Shown: one piece after another, positions 20,042-30,552 of the stretch
How the letters are laid out: each line of letters starts with the position of its first letter
Position numbering within the stretch: position 1 is the stretch's first letter
Source of the DNA: Alphaproteobacteria bacterium
GTDB taxonomy: Bacteria; Pseudomonadota; Alphaproteobacteria; Bin95
Assembly: GCA_965222315.1 (NCBI GenBank)
Contig: OZ244951.1
Location: 3,491,198 to 3,555,197 of the forward strand
DNA length: 64,000 nucleotides
Direction: 5' to 3'
Notes under the pieces: generated by a model
The model's database searches: none
Seen by the model: only the letters and a program-made list of their open reading frames with translations
Told to the model about the DNA's origin: nothing
Position numbers and translations under genes: made by a program

Positions 20042-21379
20042 ATGACGACCGCTCAAGAAAGCTTGGAACTAACACGGGTTGGACCCGGCACCACAATGGG
20101 TGATTTCATGCGGCAGTACTGGATACCCGCCGCCATGAGCTCGGAACTCCAATCTGGCCAACCACCCATCCGTTTGATGTTGCTGGGCGAGAAGCTGATC
20201 GGCTTCCGCGACAAGGCCGGCAAGGTTGGCATCATGGACCAACGCTGCCCGCACCGCTGCGCCTCTCTATTCTTCGGACGGACGGAGGATGACGGCATCC
20301 GCTGTGTCTACCATGGCTGGAAGTTCGGCGCAGACGGACAGTGCCTGGAGCAGCCGAACCTGACGGCGGAACAGAATTTCGCCGATAAGGTGCGGGCCAA
20401 GGCCTACCCGGTGCAGGAGCGCAACGGTGTGGTCTGGGTCTATATGGGCGCTGCCGAACAGCCACCGGCCCTGCCCTCGTTTGAGGCCAATCTGATGCCG
20501 GAAGGCGAAACGGTTGTCCGAATGGTCCAGCGCGAGTGCAACTGGCTGCAGGCGCTGGAGGGCGATATCGATACCTCGCACTTTGGCTTCTTGCACGTAG
20601 GCAGCGTCAAGCCGGACAATGTGCCGGAGGGCCATCCGATCCATGGCACTGTCTCTGACCGCGCGCCGCAATACTTGGTGCGCGAGCGCGACTATGGCAC
20701 GCAGTATGCCGCCTACCGCCCGCATGAAGACGGCCGCCGGACCTACTGGCGCTTCAACAATTTCATGTTCCCGTTCTGGACGCAGACGCCGCAGGCCAAG
20801 TTCGAGACCTATATCGTGGCGCGAGGGTGGGTGCCGATAGATGATACCCACACTATGTTCATCTCAATCCAATGGATGGGGAAAGACGTGGCGAAGAACC
20901 GGACCAATGTGGTGCCGCTGAAGGACGGTGGTACGATCCCCGGCTCGTCACCAGACAAACTATTGCCCAACACGGCCGGCTGGTACGGTCGTTGGCGGAT
21001 GGAGGCGAACGCCGGCAACGACTACCTGATCGACCGCGATGCGCAGATGCGCGATGAGATATTTACCGGCATCGACGGCATTCATTTGCAGGACCAAGCC
21101 ATCACCGAGAGCATGGGCGGCATTGTCGACCACACGTTCGAGCGTCTGGCGCCCAGCGACCAGATGATCACCCGCTCCCGCCGGGCGATATTGCGGGCCG
21201 CCCGCGCCTTCCGTGACACCGGCGCGCCGCCGCCCGGCGTTGAAAATCCGGACATCTTCCGCACCGCCCGCGCCGGCTTCTTCGTCGAGGAGCCGGACGT
21301 CGATTGGGAAGAGGCTTATGAGAAACAGGTCGAATCGGCGGTGCGCGCCGCGGACTACGCCAAGCAGGCAGCCGAATAG
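20042..21379 (+). CDS. Rieske [2Fe-2S] non-heme iron oxygenase alpha subunit (phthalate-family, alpha-only type)
   Basis: Rieske motif CPHRCASL...CVYHGWKF; 445 aa; GGAGG RBS. Confidence 0.85.
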   Translation: MTTAQESLELTRVGPGTTMGDFMRQYWIPAAMSSELQSGQPPIRLMLLGEKLIGFRDKAGKVGIMDQRCPHRCASLFFGRTEDDGIRCVYHGWKFGADGQCLEQPNLTAEQNFADKVRAKAYPVQERNGVVWVYMGAAEQPPALPSFEANLMPEGETVVRMVQRECNWLQALEGDIDTSHFGFLHVGSVKPDNVPEGHPIHGTVSDRAPQYLVRERDYGTQYAAYRPHEDGRRTYWRFNNFMFPFWTQTPQAKFETYIVARGWVPIDDTHTMFISIQWMGKDVAKNRTNVVPLKDGGTIPGSSPDKLLPNTAGWYGRWRMEANAGNDYLIDRDAQMRDEIFTGIDGIHLQDQAITESMGGIVDHTFERLAPSDQMITRSRRAILRAARAFRDTGAPPPGVENPDIFRTARAGFFVEEPDVDWEEAYEKQVESAVRAADYAKQAAE

Positions 21380-21583
21380 ACCAGAATCCCCCCCTTCAGC
21401 CTGAGATGCGCCGCGAGAGCATGGTGTCAAGCCTGCCCCTTTCAAGGGTGCTCTGCCAGCGTTGCCTCAGGGTGTAGGTTTAGACTGACCGTATTCAGGT
21501 AGGCGCCATGCCCTTCGCCCCCCTCCATCACCACCCGCAACCGCCCGCACGGCCTACCCTTCTGCATCGGCAAGATCGGCCAT

Positions 21584-22065
21584 GTGGTGCTGCACGTGGT
21601 GGACATGGCCCGCTCCGTCGACTTCTATGTCAATGTGGCGGGGTGGACGTCTCAAACGTCCATGGCGAGGACATGATGCCGGGCGGCATGGTATTTTTGC
21701 GGTTCAACCCGGATCAGCATGGGCTGGCGCCGGAAGGCGGGTTAGACGGACCGGCGAAAAATGTCGAGTTGAACCATGTCGCTTTCGAGGTCGCGAACCT
21801 GGACGGGGTGCTTCGAGCCAGGGCGCATCTGCGTGCAGCCGGCGTGCCAATCGATTTCGAGGTCCGTCGCCGCGCCGGCTGTCAGTCCGCGGTCGAGTTC
21901 TGCGACCCGGACAATCACCGGCTGGACATCTATTGGGGCATCGACCGGGTCGGCTCATTGGGCGAGCCGCGGCCGCGCGAGCAGTGGAAAGGTGCACCGT
22001 CCCTGGAAGCCACCATCGCCGACCTGGTCGAGGGACAGGACGCGACGCTGTGGGAAAAAAGCTGA
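21584..22065 (+). pseudogene. VOC/glyoxalase-fold (extradiol dioxygenase-like) protein, frameshifted
   Basis: The N-terminal module IGHVVLHVVDMARSVDFYVNVAG is in one frame. The rest (VSNVHGEDMMPGGMVFLRFNPDQHGLAPEG...HVAFEVANLDGVLRARAHLRAAGVP...) is in the -1 frame. The switch occurs at the G4 run 21640-21643. Confidence 0.6.
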
Positions 22066-22568
22066 TGGCTGACGCCAAGCCAGTGTCAACATTGGACGAA
22101 TTGCTGGCAATTGAAGCTATCCGGCAACTCAAGGCCGCCTATTGCCGGCTGGTGGATACAAAGCAGTGGACGCGGTTGCAGGCTCTGTTCGCGGAGAATG
22201 CAACCGTCGCCGGATTTGGCTCTGTGCCCGATGGCTCCGGCCCGGCAGAGTTTGTGGCAGGAGTGGCAGAGCGGATTGGCTCTTCGGTCTCCATCCATCA
22301 TGTGCACGCGCCGGAGATCGTACTGACCGGTGTGGACGCGGCACGCGCCGTCTGGCCGATGATGGATTATGTGGAATTCCCCGATGCGCCGTCGACCGCG
22401 GAGCGAGGCTGGATCGGCTGGGGCTTCTATGAGGAGGAATACCGGCGTGAGGACGGCGCCTGGCGCATTTCTTTCATGCGCCTCGCCCGGCAACGCATGG
22501 ACGATTTTGATCCTGAACACCCGGCGTTGAAGTCTGGCCGTATCCCGCCCGACCCTGGTTGGCTTTAG
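22065..22568 (+). CDS. NTF2-like/SnoaL-like domain protein
   Basis: 167 aa. ATG at 22065 overlaps the upstream TGA (TGATG). Compact alpha+beta composition. Confidence 0.55.
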   Translation: MADAKPVSTLDELLAIEAIRQLKAAYCRLVDTKQWTRLQALFAENATVAGFGSVPDGSGPAEFVAGVAERIGSSVSIHHVHAPEIVLTGVDAARAVWPMMDYVEFPDAPSTAERGWIGWGFYEEEYRREDGAWRISFMRLARQRMDDFDPEHPALKSGRIPPDPGWL

Positions 22569-24049
22569 CGCGACCGTGCGCCGTAATAGCGGTCGAGGAA
22601 GCGGCTTTGTTCCATCCGCCAGCCCTCGCCGACGGCAACCTCGTCCCCCAATTGCAGGTAGGGGCTGGTGTCCTCAGTCACCTGTGGCCAGTCGAACGCT
22701 GCGCCGCCCGGAGCATCGCCGTAGGCAAAGCGGACCCAGCATTGCATGAAGGCATCGGAGACGGCCTGATCCAGCGGACCGATCTCGCCTTCCTGCGTGT
22801 CGGTGTGCTGCAGGTTGCCGAAGGTATAGGTCACATCCTCACCATGTTTCGGCGGCCAGGCACGGCCGCCGGGGTGGCGGGTCAGCAGATAGCGCCAGAC
22901 CGGCTGCCCCGCCGCTGCCGTGCACTGGCCAACACCCCACGTGCCAAACGTGAATTGCGTGTCGCCGAACAGAAAGGCCAAGCTCTCCGCCACCTCTGCA
23001 TCGTTCGCGCCCGGATAGAGGGTTGCTGCCTCTGCCGCCATATCGCCAAAGCTGGCGGCCAGCAATGCCTGGAACTCCGCCGGCGTCTTTACCGGCCACG
23101 TGCCGGTAAACAGCGAGCCTTCCTCCGCATTGCTGCCGACGATGATCGGCATCGCCTCGAATGCGCCGCGCTTGAAGCTGTCGCGGTCATTCTCGATCAC
23201 CGACCAACCGTCATTGATCGGCCGCAGCGTGCGCGGGCCGGTCATGGCGCGGACGGCGGGGTTGATCGAACCAGTCTTGGCAAAAAGGTCCGCCGCCGAC
23301 ATATCTCGCAATGTGCGCAGATCCGCTGAAAGACCCGCGCCAGCCGCCTCGGCCTCATCCAAAGGCGTCAAGGGCCGCCAGACGCCTGGACTTTGCAGGA
23401 TAGTGCGCTGGAACAGGCCCTTCACCAGCGGAGAGGTCAACAACAGGCCGATGGAGGCAGAGCCAGCCGACACGCCAAACGCTGTTACCCGGCCCGGATC
23501 GCCGCCGAACGCGCCGATATTGTCCCGCACCCACTCCAGCGCGGCGACGATGTCCATCAGGCCATAGTTGCCGGACGCGCCATTGTCCGACTCTGCCGTC
23601 AGGCCCGGGTGTGCCAGATAGCCGAACATACCGACGCGGTAGGTCATCGTGACCACCACAACGCCCATCCCGGCGTATTTGGCACTGTCCGCCCGCCGGT
23701 CCGAGCCGGAGCCGCCGACAAACCCGCCGCCTGGAACCCAGAACAACACCGGCAAGGGTTCCGTGCTACGCTCCGCCGGTGCCCAGATGTTGAGGTAGAG
23801 ACAATCCTCCGACCGGCCCGAGCCACGCAGCCGTGGCAGGTCTGCCTGCATGCAGTCATCGCGAAATGCCGTTGCATCCCATGTCCCGGCCCAAGGTTTC
23901 ACTGGCTGCGGCATCCGCCAGCGCAACGGCCCAACCGGCGGTGCGGCATACGGAATGCCTTTGAAGGAGACAGCGTCGCCCTCCCGCACGCCGGAAACCT
24001 GACCCAGCGGAGTTTCAATGATCACGGGCGATGTGCCGAGTTCAGTCAT
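22565..24049 (-). CDS. Carboxylesterase type B (PnbA-like)
   Basis: FKGIPYAAPPVGPLRW N-terminal signature, GVSAGSAS catalytic serine motif, 494 aa. Confidence 0.85.
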   Translation of the reverse strand: MTELGTSPVIIETPLGQVSGVREGDAVSFKGIPYAAPPVGPLRWRMPQPVKPWAGTWDATAFRDDCMQADLPRLRGSGRSEDCLYLNIWAPAERSTEPLPVLFWVPGGGFVGGSGSDRRADSAKYAGMGVVVVTMTYRVGMFGYLAHPGLTAESDNGASGNYGLMDIVAALEWVRDNIGAFGGDPGRVTAFGVSAGSASIGLLLTSPLVKGLFQRTILQSPGVWRPLTPLDEAEAAGAGLSADLRTLRDMSAADLFAKTGSINPAVRAMTGPRTLRPINDGWSVIENDRDSFKRGAFEAMPIIVGSNAEEGSLFTGTWPVKTPAEFQALLAASFGDMAAEAATLYPGANDAEVAESLAFLFGDTQFTFGTWGVGQCTAAAGQPVWRYLLTRHPGGRAWPPKHGEDVTYTFGNLQHTDTQEGEIGPLDQAVSDAFMQCWVRFAYGDAPGGAAFDWPQVTEDTSPYLQLGDEVAVGEGWRMEQSRFLDRYYGARSR

Positions 24050-24161
24050 GTGGCGGCTTTCTCTTCTTCTACTTCAGGCGCGGTTGCCGCTTTGCTTGAC
24101 GCCAACGGTGAACCCTCCGCACTATCTTGCCCTGAAAGACTATCAGGAAGGAAGCAGTCCC

Positions 24162-25148
24162 ATGGCAGAGATTGTCTTTGGCTTCGGCACCTCGCACACA
24201 CCGATGCTGAACGCCATGCCAGAAGACTGGCTGCTCAATTTCAGTGAATTGGACCAGAAACGTGGGCATCGGGACAAGGATGGCAACAAGGTCAGCTATG
24301 CCGAACTGCTGGCGAAAGCCGATCCGCGCGCCGTCGCTGTTCTAAACGAAGCGGCGGTAGCGGAGCGCCACGCTCGTGCACAGACGGGGCTGCAACGTCT
24401 GCGCGACGAACTGGCGGCGGCAAAACTGGATGCTCTCATCGTTATCGGCGATGATCAGAATGAGATGTTTGGCACCGACAATCTGCCCGCCATTCTGATC
24501 TACCGCGGCGAGACAATCGCCAACACGCCCCGCCACCTGGTCGGCCCGCCACGGCCGGATTGGAACCAGAATGCCACCGCGGCCTTCTACAACGACCCGG
24601 CCCGAGATTATCCGGTCGATGCAACGCTGGCCGATCACCTGACAGGCGCGCTGACCCAGGCAGGTTTTGACATCGCCACCGCCGACCGAACCGTCGGAGA
24701 GGGCGAAGGACATGCGGTCGCCTTCCTCCACAATCAATTGATGGGAGCGGAGCCCGTGCCAGTGGTGCCGGTGTTCCTGAACACCTACTATCCTCCCAAC
24801 CAACCGACGCCACACCGCTGTTACACTCTAGGCCAGGCGATCCGACGGGCGGTGGAGAGTATGCCAGGTGATGCGCGGGTTGGTATTGCCGCGTCGGGCG
24901 GCCTCAGCCATTTCACGGTTGATGAAGAGTTGGATCGCTCGGTTTTGGCTGCTTTGGCCGATAAAGACGCCTCCGCCCTCCAAAACCTCCCCTTGAACAA
25001 ATTGGAGGCCGGCAGCAGTGAAATCCGTAATTGGATCTGCATCGGCGGTGCCTTGGAGGGACTGGGCTTGCAGTGGCACGACTATATCCCTGGTTACCGC
25101 TCTCCGGCCGGCACGGGCACCGGCATCGCATTTGCGATCTGGCGTTAA
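24162..25148 (+). CDS. Class III extradiol ring-cleavage dioxygenase (LigB family)
   Basis: ATG at 24162 after AGGAAGGAAG. MAEIVFGFGTSHTPML N-terminus typical of the LigB/GalA/DesZ-type catalytic subunit; 328 aa. Confidence 0.8.
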   Translation: MAEIVFGFGTSHTPMLNAMPEDWLLNFSELDQKRGHRDKDGNKVSYAELLAKADPRAVAVLNEAAVAERHARAQTGLQRLRDELAAAKLDALIVIGDDQNEMFGTDNLPAILIYRGETIANTPRHLVGPPRPDWNQNATAAFYNDPARDYPVDATLADHLTGALTQAGFDIATADRTVGEGEGHAVAFLHNQLMGAEPVPVVPVFLNTYYPPNQPTPHRCYTLGQAIRRAVESMPGDARVGIAASGGLSHFTVDEELDRSVLAALADKDASALQNLPLNKLEAGSSEIRNWICIGGALEGLGLQWHDYIPGYRSPAGTGTGIAFAIWR

Positions 25149-25472
25149 CGCGAGTAATACCAGACCTATTCCGCCGCAATTTGTTGCTGCAAGGTCTAGA
25201 GAAATCGTATCCCAACAAACGGTTCGAACACTGGCGAAAGATTGCATTCCTAGTCGGTTGACCTAACTTCGCAACCGCTACGGCTGTTGCTTTCCGCCCA
25301 ACCGGCGATGCCGCCACCGTCGTTATGACCCCAAATGCGCATGGTTCTTCAGGCTTTCGGCTACAGCCAAGCAACTTCCCCATTTCAACGCTCAATCAAT
25401 GGCCAGAAAGTGCGCACTATACCAACCCGAATGTGATCGATGCTGGCGAAGGCTCCGGCGACGGTTTGAAAT

Positions 25473-26399
25473 TTGCTCAGACATATCGAGAAGGCAATCA
25501 AATTGGCCGAGTGCACTTCCCCACAAAATCGGCCGATGTTGGGCGCTTTGTGGATGCTGGCGACGGTTCTCAGCTTTGCTGCCATGCAGGTTTCCGGGCG
25601 TGAACTCTCAAGCGAACACGACGCTGTTGGCGTCATGTTATACCGGAGCCTCGTCGGCGCGATCTTGATGCTGCCGATTGCTTTGGCCTTCGGCGGAAAG
25701 AAAAACCTGATCACCCGCCGGCCATTCGGCCACTTGGCGCGCAACATCGTCCATTTCATGGGCCAGTATGGCTGGTTCTATGGTGTTGCGCACTTGGCCC
25801 TGGCGGATGTCACCGCGTTAAACCTGATGATGCCAATCTTTGGGGTCGTGCTGGCCATCCTCGTTCTGCGGGAACGTCTGACGGTCGCGCGGGCTGCCGT
25901 GATCATGTTCGGATTCGCCGGCGTTCTGATCGTGGTTCGGCCCGGTGTCATACCGTTTGAAATTGCGACTGGCATCACGCTCGCGGCTTCGTTCTGCTAC
26001 GCCTTGTCGATCATTATGGTTAAGGCATTGACGTCGACGGAGCCGACGTTGCGGATCGTCTTCTACATGATGGCTATGCAGTTTGGGCTTGCCTTGGTTC
26101 TTGCACGCGGCGCTATCGTTATTCCGGCACTACCCGAAATCCCCTGGATATTCATCGTTGGCGCCAGCGGGTTAACGGCGCATTACTGCATGACACGCGC
26201 CGTCTCCGTCGCCGACGCTAGTGTGATCATGCCGATCAGTTTCCTGTCGCTGCCGATTATGGCGGCAATCGGGTTTGTATTTTATGGGGAGGAATTGGAT
26301 GCCTACACCCTTCTGGGTGGCGGCCTGATCATTGGAGCGACATACCTCAATATTATCTGGTCAAACCGCAAGAATGGCTCTTTTGCCAGGCAATCCTGA
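25473..26399 (+). CDS. EamA/DMT-family transporter
   Basis: Ten TM helices, two EamA repeats, 308 aa. Confidence 0.8.
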   Translation: MLRHIEKAIKLAECTSPQNRPMLGALWMLATVLSFAAMQVSGRELSSEHDAVGVMLYRSLVGAILMLPIALAFGGKKNLITRRPFGHLARNIVHFMGQYGWFYGVAHLALADVTALNLMMPIFGVVLAILVLRERLTVARAAVIMFGFAGVLIVVRPGVIPFEIATGITLAASFCYALSIIMVKALTSTEPTLRIVFYMMAMQFGLALVLARGAIVIPALPEIPWIFIVGASGLTAHYCMTRAVSVADASVIMPISFLSLPIMAAIGFVFYGEELDAYTLLGGGLIIGATYLNIIWSNRKNGSFARQS

Positions 26400-26535
26400 C
26401 CCGGATTTTCAAGCCGGCTGGAAAGTGGTCTATGTCGCCGGTTTAAGACTGACCCAAAAGTGTGATGAGCATGCCGGCACGCGCGAAGCCTTTAGCGTAG
26501 CTCAAACACGATCGCTTCCGACGGTGCGCTGCAAA

Positions 26536-27468
26536 CTATTCACCCGGTGGAACGTCATTTTCCACATTGTGCGAGGCTATCCATTCAATCACATGCTCAG
26601 CAAACCCGAGAGACGCCGGGGAAGGTGCGCGACGCGTTGAGCGATAGAGGCAAATCTGCCGGATCGATTCCGGCTTTATGATCCGCCGCATCACAAGGCC
26701 CATTGGCCGTGCAAGGATGCCCACATAGGCTGGGGAAAGTGTGATCGCGTGTTCTGCTGCAGCCATTCCGAGAGCGGTTGAAACATGATCCACGATCATG
26801 GAAGGGGATATTCGTGAATCTCCGGGCAGGTCGCTACGCATTCTGGCGACGCTGTGCTCATGATCCCGGCCGGCAGCGACGATCGGATGGCCATTTAGGT
26901 CATCCCACTCAACATTGGGTTTCGAGGCCAGTGGATGCTGCGGCGAACACCAAAGAACCCACGGACTTTCGAACAATGGCTCGCGCTCGGTGCCTGCTCC
27001 GTAAGGACGGTCCGGGCCAACGGCCAGATCTACTTCCCCGGTAGAAACCGCGTCAACCAATCCCTCCACCGGGGTATCGCGGATGACCACGACGACCTTC
27101 GGATGCTGCTCGGTATAGTCTTTCACGATCTTCGGCAGGATCATCCCGGCGATCACTTGCGGCGCCGCGATATGAACCATTCCCGCAGCCTGATTCCGAA
27201 GATTGGCAGCCGCCATCTCAGTCAGGCCAACATGTTTGATGACGGCCTCAACCGAACCCAACAAATCCCGACCGGCCGTTGAGGGTTCGACCTTCCGCGT
27301 TGTTCGATTGAACAGCCGTAAGCCAAGGGTCGCTTCCAGTTCGACCACCAGTTGGCTGATCGCTGACGGTGTGAGGCCAAGGCGGTTTCCGGCGTCCTTG
27401 AAACTCAACGTTTCGGCCACGGTAACGAAGGCTTCGAATTGCCGGAGCGTAAAGCGGGAGAGCGACAT
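26536..27468 (-). CDS. LysR-family transcriptional regulator
   Basis: N-terminal HTH FTLRQFEAFVTVAETLSFKDAGNRLGLTPSAISQLV...; 310 aa. Divergent from the 27581 gene. Confidence 0.9.
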   Translation of the reverse strand: MSLSRFTLRQFEAFVTVAETLSFKDAGNRLGLTPSAISQLVVELEATLGLRLFNRTTRKVEPSTAGRDLLGSVEAVIKHVGLTEMAAANLRNQAAGMVHIAAPQVIAGMILPKIVKDYTEQHPKVVVVIRDTPVEGLVDAVSTGEVDLAVGPDRPYGAGTEREPLFESPWVLWCSPQHPLASKPNVEWDDLNGHPIVAAGRDHEHSVARMRSDLPGDSRISPSMIVDHVSTALGMAAAEHAITLSPAYVGILARPMGLVMRRIIKPESIRQICLYRSTRRAPSPASLGFAEHVIEWIASHNVENDVPPGE

Positions 27469-27580
27469 CTGCCTCTGCCTATTAATTAAATTATCTTACT
27501 AATTATTGAAAAACCATGGTTTGTCTAAACAATAATGCCTCCGTATTTTGAGACTGTGTCTCAGCCTTGGAGGTATCATC
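27469..27580. promoter_or_regulatory. Divergent LysR/target-gene promoter region with an AT-rich TTAATTAA palindrome
   Basis: 112-bp AT-rich spacer between the LysR start and the dioxygenase start. Palindrome at 27482-27489. GGAGG RBS at 27569. Confidence 0.35.
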
Positions 27581-28390
27581 ATGAAGCAAGTCCTTTACAT
27601 CCCCCATGGCGGCGGGCCCCTCCCGCTCTTGGGCGATCCGGGCTATGCGCGGCTAGCGACAGCGCTCCGAAAGCTGAATGCCACTGTGGAGGGGGCCAGG
27701 GCCATTATCCTGGTGACGGCGCACTGGGAAGCGGATCATCCCACTATTGCGACAGCTAACAAGCCCGGCATGCTGTTCGACTATTATGGGTTTCCGGAGG
27801 CGGCCTACCAGATCGACTATCCCGCGCCAGGGGCACCGGAAATCGCTGAATCGGTAGCTGCCGCGCTGAATGGCGAGGGGTTCAGCGCGCAGTTTGATCC
27901 GGATCGAGGGTTTGACCACGGAACCTTTATCCCGATGGCGCTGATCCGTCCCCAAGCTGACATCCCAATTCTCCAGATGTCGCTCCTATCGTCGCTGGAC
28001 CCGGCTGCGCATTTGGCGATGGGACGTGCCCTGGCCAATTTGCCCTTGGATAATGTTGTTCTAATCGGGTCCGGCTTCAGCTTTCACAATCTCGGCGCTC
28101 TGACCGGCAGATTGAAAGATGATGGTCAAACGGGCCCGGCTATGGCGCGGGCATTCCATGACTGGTTGGACGATGTCGTTTGCGGATCGGATCATACGCC
28201 GGCGGATAGAGCACGAGACCTGGTTGCCTGGGAGGCAGCACCGGGCGCGCGCTACTGCCACCCGAGGGAGGAGCATCTTTTGCCTTTGCATGTCTGCTAC
28301 GGCGCCGCCAGTGCCAAAGAAATGACCGCGCGCACTATGTTCAGCGAGCCGGTCAAAGGATTTCAGACGTCCGGATACCATTGGCAATGA
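27581..28390 (+). CDS. DODA-type extradiol dioxygenase (YgiD/4,5-DOPA dioxygenase family, LigB superfamily)
   Basis: MKQVLYIPHGGGP..., ILVTAHWE, YYGFPEAAYQIDYPAPGAPE, GFDHGTF match the YgiD family. 269 aa. Confidence 0.8.
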   Translation: MKQVLYIPHGGGPLPLLGDPGYARLATALRKLNATVEGARAIILVTAHWEADHPTIATANKPGMLFDYYGFPEAAYQIDYPAPGAPEIAESVAAALNGEGFSAQFDPDRGFDHGTFIPMALIRPQADIPILQMSLLSSLDPAAHLAMGRALANLPLDNVVLIGSGFSFHNLGALTGRLKDDGQTGPAMARAFHDWLDDVVCGSDHTPADRARDLVAWEAAPGARYCHPREEHLLPLHVCYGAASAKEMTARTMFSEPVKGFQTSGYHWQ

Positions 28391-28461
28391 ACCATCGGCC
28401 GGGCTGACCCCAAGCGAACTAGCGATTGCCCTGGAACCCAATTGACAAACTGAACTGAGCG

Positions 28462-29700
28462 ATGACCCAAACTTACAAATCATCGGGCGAAAAATTTCCA
28501 ACCACTATCGTCTTTATCCTAGGCGCTCTGGTCGCGTTTGGACCTATGTCCATCGACATGTACCTGCCTAGCCTGCCCAGCATCGGGCAGACTTTCGGCG
28601 CCAGTCCAGGCGATGTTCAGTTGACGCTCAGCGCCTTCTTCATCGGGTTTTCCCTGGGGCAGATTTTTTATGGACCGCTATCGGATCGTTACGGCCGTCG
28701 CCCGATCCTGTTGATCGGCATCGGCCTTTACATTCTCACAAGCGCCTTGTGCGCGATGAGCGAAACAATCGACCAAATGATCGTATTCCGCTTTTTGCAT
28801 GCCCTGGGCGGCGGTGCCGGTACAGTCGTCGCCCGGGCCAGTGTCCGCGACCGCTTCGATACCAACCAAGCATCGCGCGTGATGTCGTCGATGATGGTGG
28901 TGACAGCCATCGCCCCGCTCTTCGCGCCTCTGGTAGGCGGGTATATTCTCACCTGGTTCGGCTGGAGAACCATTTTCTGGGTACTAACCGGCTTTGGGAT
29001 CGTTAGTTGGCTCCTCGTCGCCTTGGCACTTCCCGAGAGCCACCCCAAAGAAACACGCGCCACTGGGCCGGTTTCAGGGACCTTTAACGGCTATCTTCTC
29101 GTTCTGAAAAGCCCTGTTGCCGTTGGTTGCATTTTGTGTGGTGGATTCGGGTTCGCCGGCATGTTCGCTTACATTGCGGGAAGCCCGTTTGTTTACATTG
29201 AAATATTTGGAGTGTCGCCGCAGGAGTACGGATATCTGTTCGGGCTGAATATCGTTGGGATGATAATCGGCGCACTTTTGAATGCAAAAATTGTGATGCG
29301 CGCCGGGGCCATCAATATGATGTCGGTTGGGGCTTTGCTCGCCGCCGTTGCCGGTCTCATTTTGGTAGCGATGGCCGTGTCTGGAGCCGGTGGCCTGCTC
29401 GGATTGGTCCTGCCGCTGCTCTTCTTTGTCGGCTCATTAAACTTCATTGCAGCGAATGCCATCACCGTGGCGTCAGCGGGCTTCCCTCAAAATGCAGGAG
29501 CGGTGGCAGCTTTGTTCGGCGCGGCACAGTTTGGCCTTGGCGCCATTGCCAGTTCGATAATCGGGCAATTGGAAGATGGAACGCCGATTCCGATGGCCGC
29601 GACGATTGCAGTCTGCGGCATCTGCGCATTGGCAGCAAACCTTTGGGTCCGCAAGTGCGAAGCCGAAACTGTCGAAGGTGGAACCGCCTCTGCACCTTAA
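28462..29700 (+). CDS. MFS transporter, Bcr/CflA drug-resistance subfamily
   Basis: 12 TM helices; LSDRYGRRPILLIG motif A; 412 aa. Confidence 0.85.
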   Translation: MTQTYKSSGEKFPTTIVFILGALVAFGPMSIDMYLPSLPSIGQTFGASPGDVQLTLSAFFIGFSLGQIFYGPLSDRYGRRPILLIGIGLYILTSALCAMSETIDQMIVFRFLHALGGGAGTVVARASVRDRFDTNQASRVMSSMMVVTAIAPLFAPLVGGYILTWFGWRTIFWVLTGFGIVSWLLVALALPESHPKETRATGPVSGTFNGYLLVLKSPVAVGCILCGGFGFAGMFAYIAGSPFVYIEIFGVSPQEYGYLFGLNIVGMIIGALLNAKIVMRAGAINMMSVGALLAAVAGLILVAMAVSGAGGLLGLVLPLLFFVGSLNFIAANAITVASAGFPQNAGAVAALFGAAQFGLGAIASSIIGQLEDGTPIPMAATIAVCGICALAANLWVRKCEAETVEGGTASAP

Positions 29701-30262
29701 TTAAATCTTTGCTCTTTATTTGCTGGGTGTTTCCGCTTACCAGACGGTGCCGTTTCATGCGGCAACGTCCACCGCCCGCCCTTTTCGGGCATTGCAACGT
29801 TCAGCAGACAATCACCGATGATTGGTAGGAACAGCGAAGAGGACCGGGAAGCCAGGGCAGGTGGAAGGTACCTCGAGTTCTGTGCCAGTAGCGGTCGTCA
29901 TCAGAGTGAAACACCCAAACTGCCAATTTTGGCTGATGAATTCGACCGTGCAATTCAATTGTCTTACAAACAGGTACATTTTCTGCAAAGTCTCAAACTT
30001 CAGAGAATACTAGGCCGCAGAGAACAATTTACTGCTGGCCTCGACCCGACGCAGTCACAAGCACATCCGCTATAACCATCGAAAGCAACGACTTTTTCAG
30101 GATGCCGCCGCGAGCAGAGAAAGTCTTCGTGAGGGAGTGCTGGCTGGGGGATCTGCAATCGAACCTGAGATACCGGAGTCAGAGTCCGCAGGCGAAGGCC
30201 CAGCGCTTAGCCGTGCTCGGCGTCACGCCCCCTTTCCAGCCGGATAGCTAGACGGCGTTGGC

Positions 30263-30552
30263 TCAGGCCACCCTCCAGTCCTGCTGCGCCGGTACAGCGC
30301 CAAAAGCAGCGATCATGCCGGCGGCCATCTCCAGCAGCGGCTCTAGCAGGTCTAGCTGGCGAATCCAGGCGTGGGGAATGCCGTCCAGCCCCTTCCAGGC
30401 TCCGTGGATCTGGCCGGCAATGGAGGCAGTCGATTCGCTGTCGCCGTCATGGTTCGCAGACAAGCGGATCGCCTGAACAAAGCCATCACTAGCCAGCACG
30501 GCGTACAGGCCGATGGCGAGCGCTTCCTCGGCGACCCACCCTTCGCCTATCT
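30263..30552 (-). pseudogene. ADP-ribosylglycohydrolase, C-terminal fragment
   Basis: GYHEIGEGWVAEEALAIGLYAVLASDGFVQAIRLSANHDGDSESTASIAGQIHGAWKGLDGIP matches the C-terminal region of the DraG/ARH family. Stops lie immediately upstream and ~200 aa of N-terminal domain are missing. Confidence 0.55.

Noticed and set aside
21582-22568. 328-aa ORF covering the VOC and NTF2-like genes in a third frame
   Set aside because: It is an Arg/Pro/Gly-rich artefact of GC-rich DNA. The real signal is the frameshifted VOC gene plus the separate NTF2-like gene starting at 22065.
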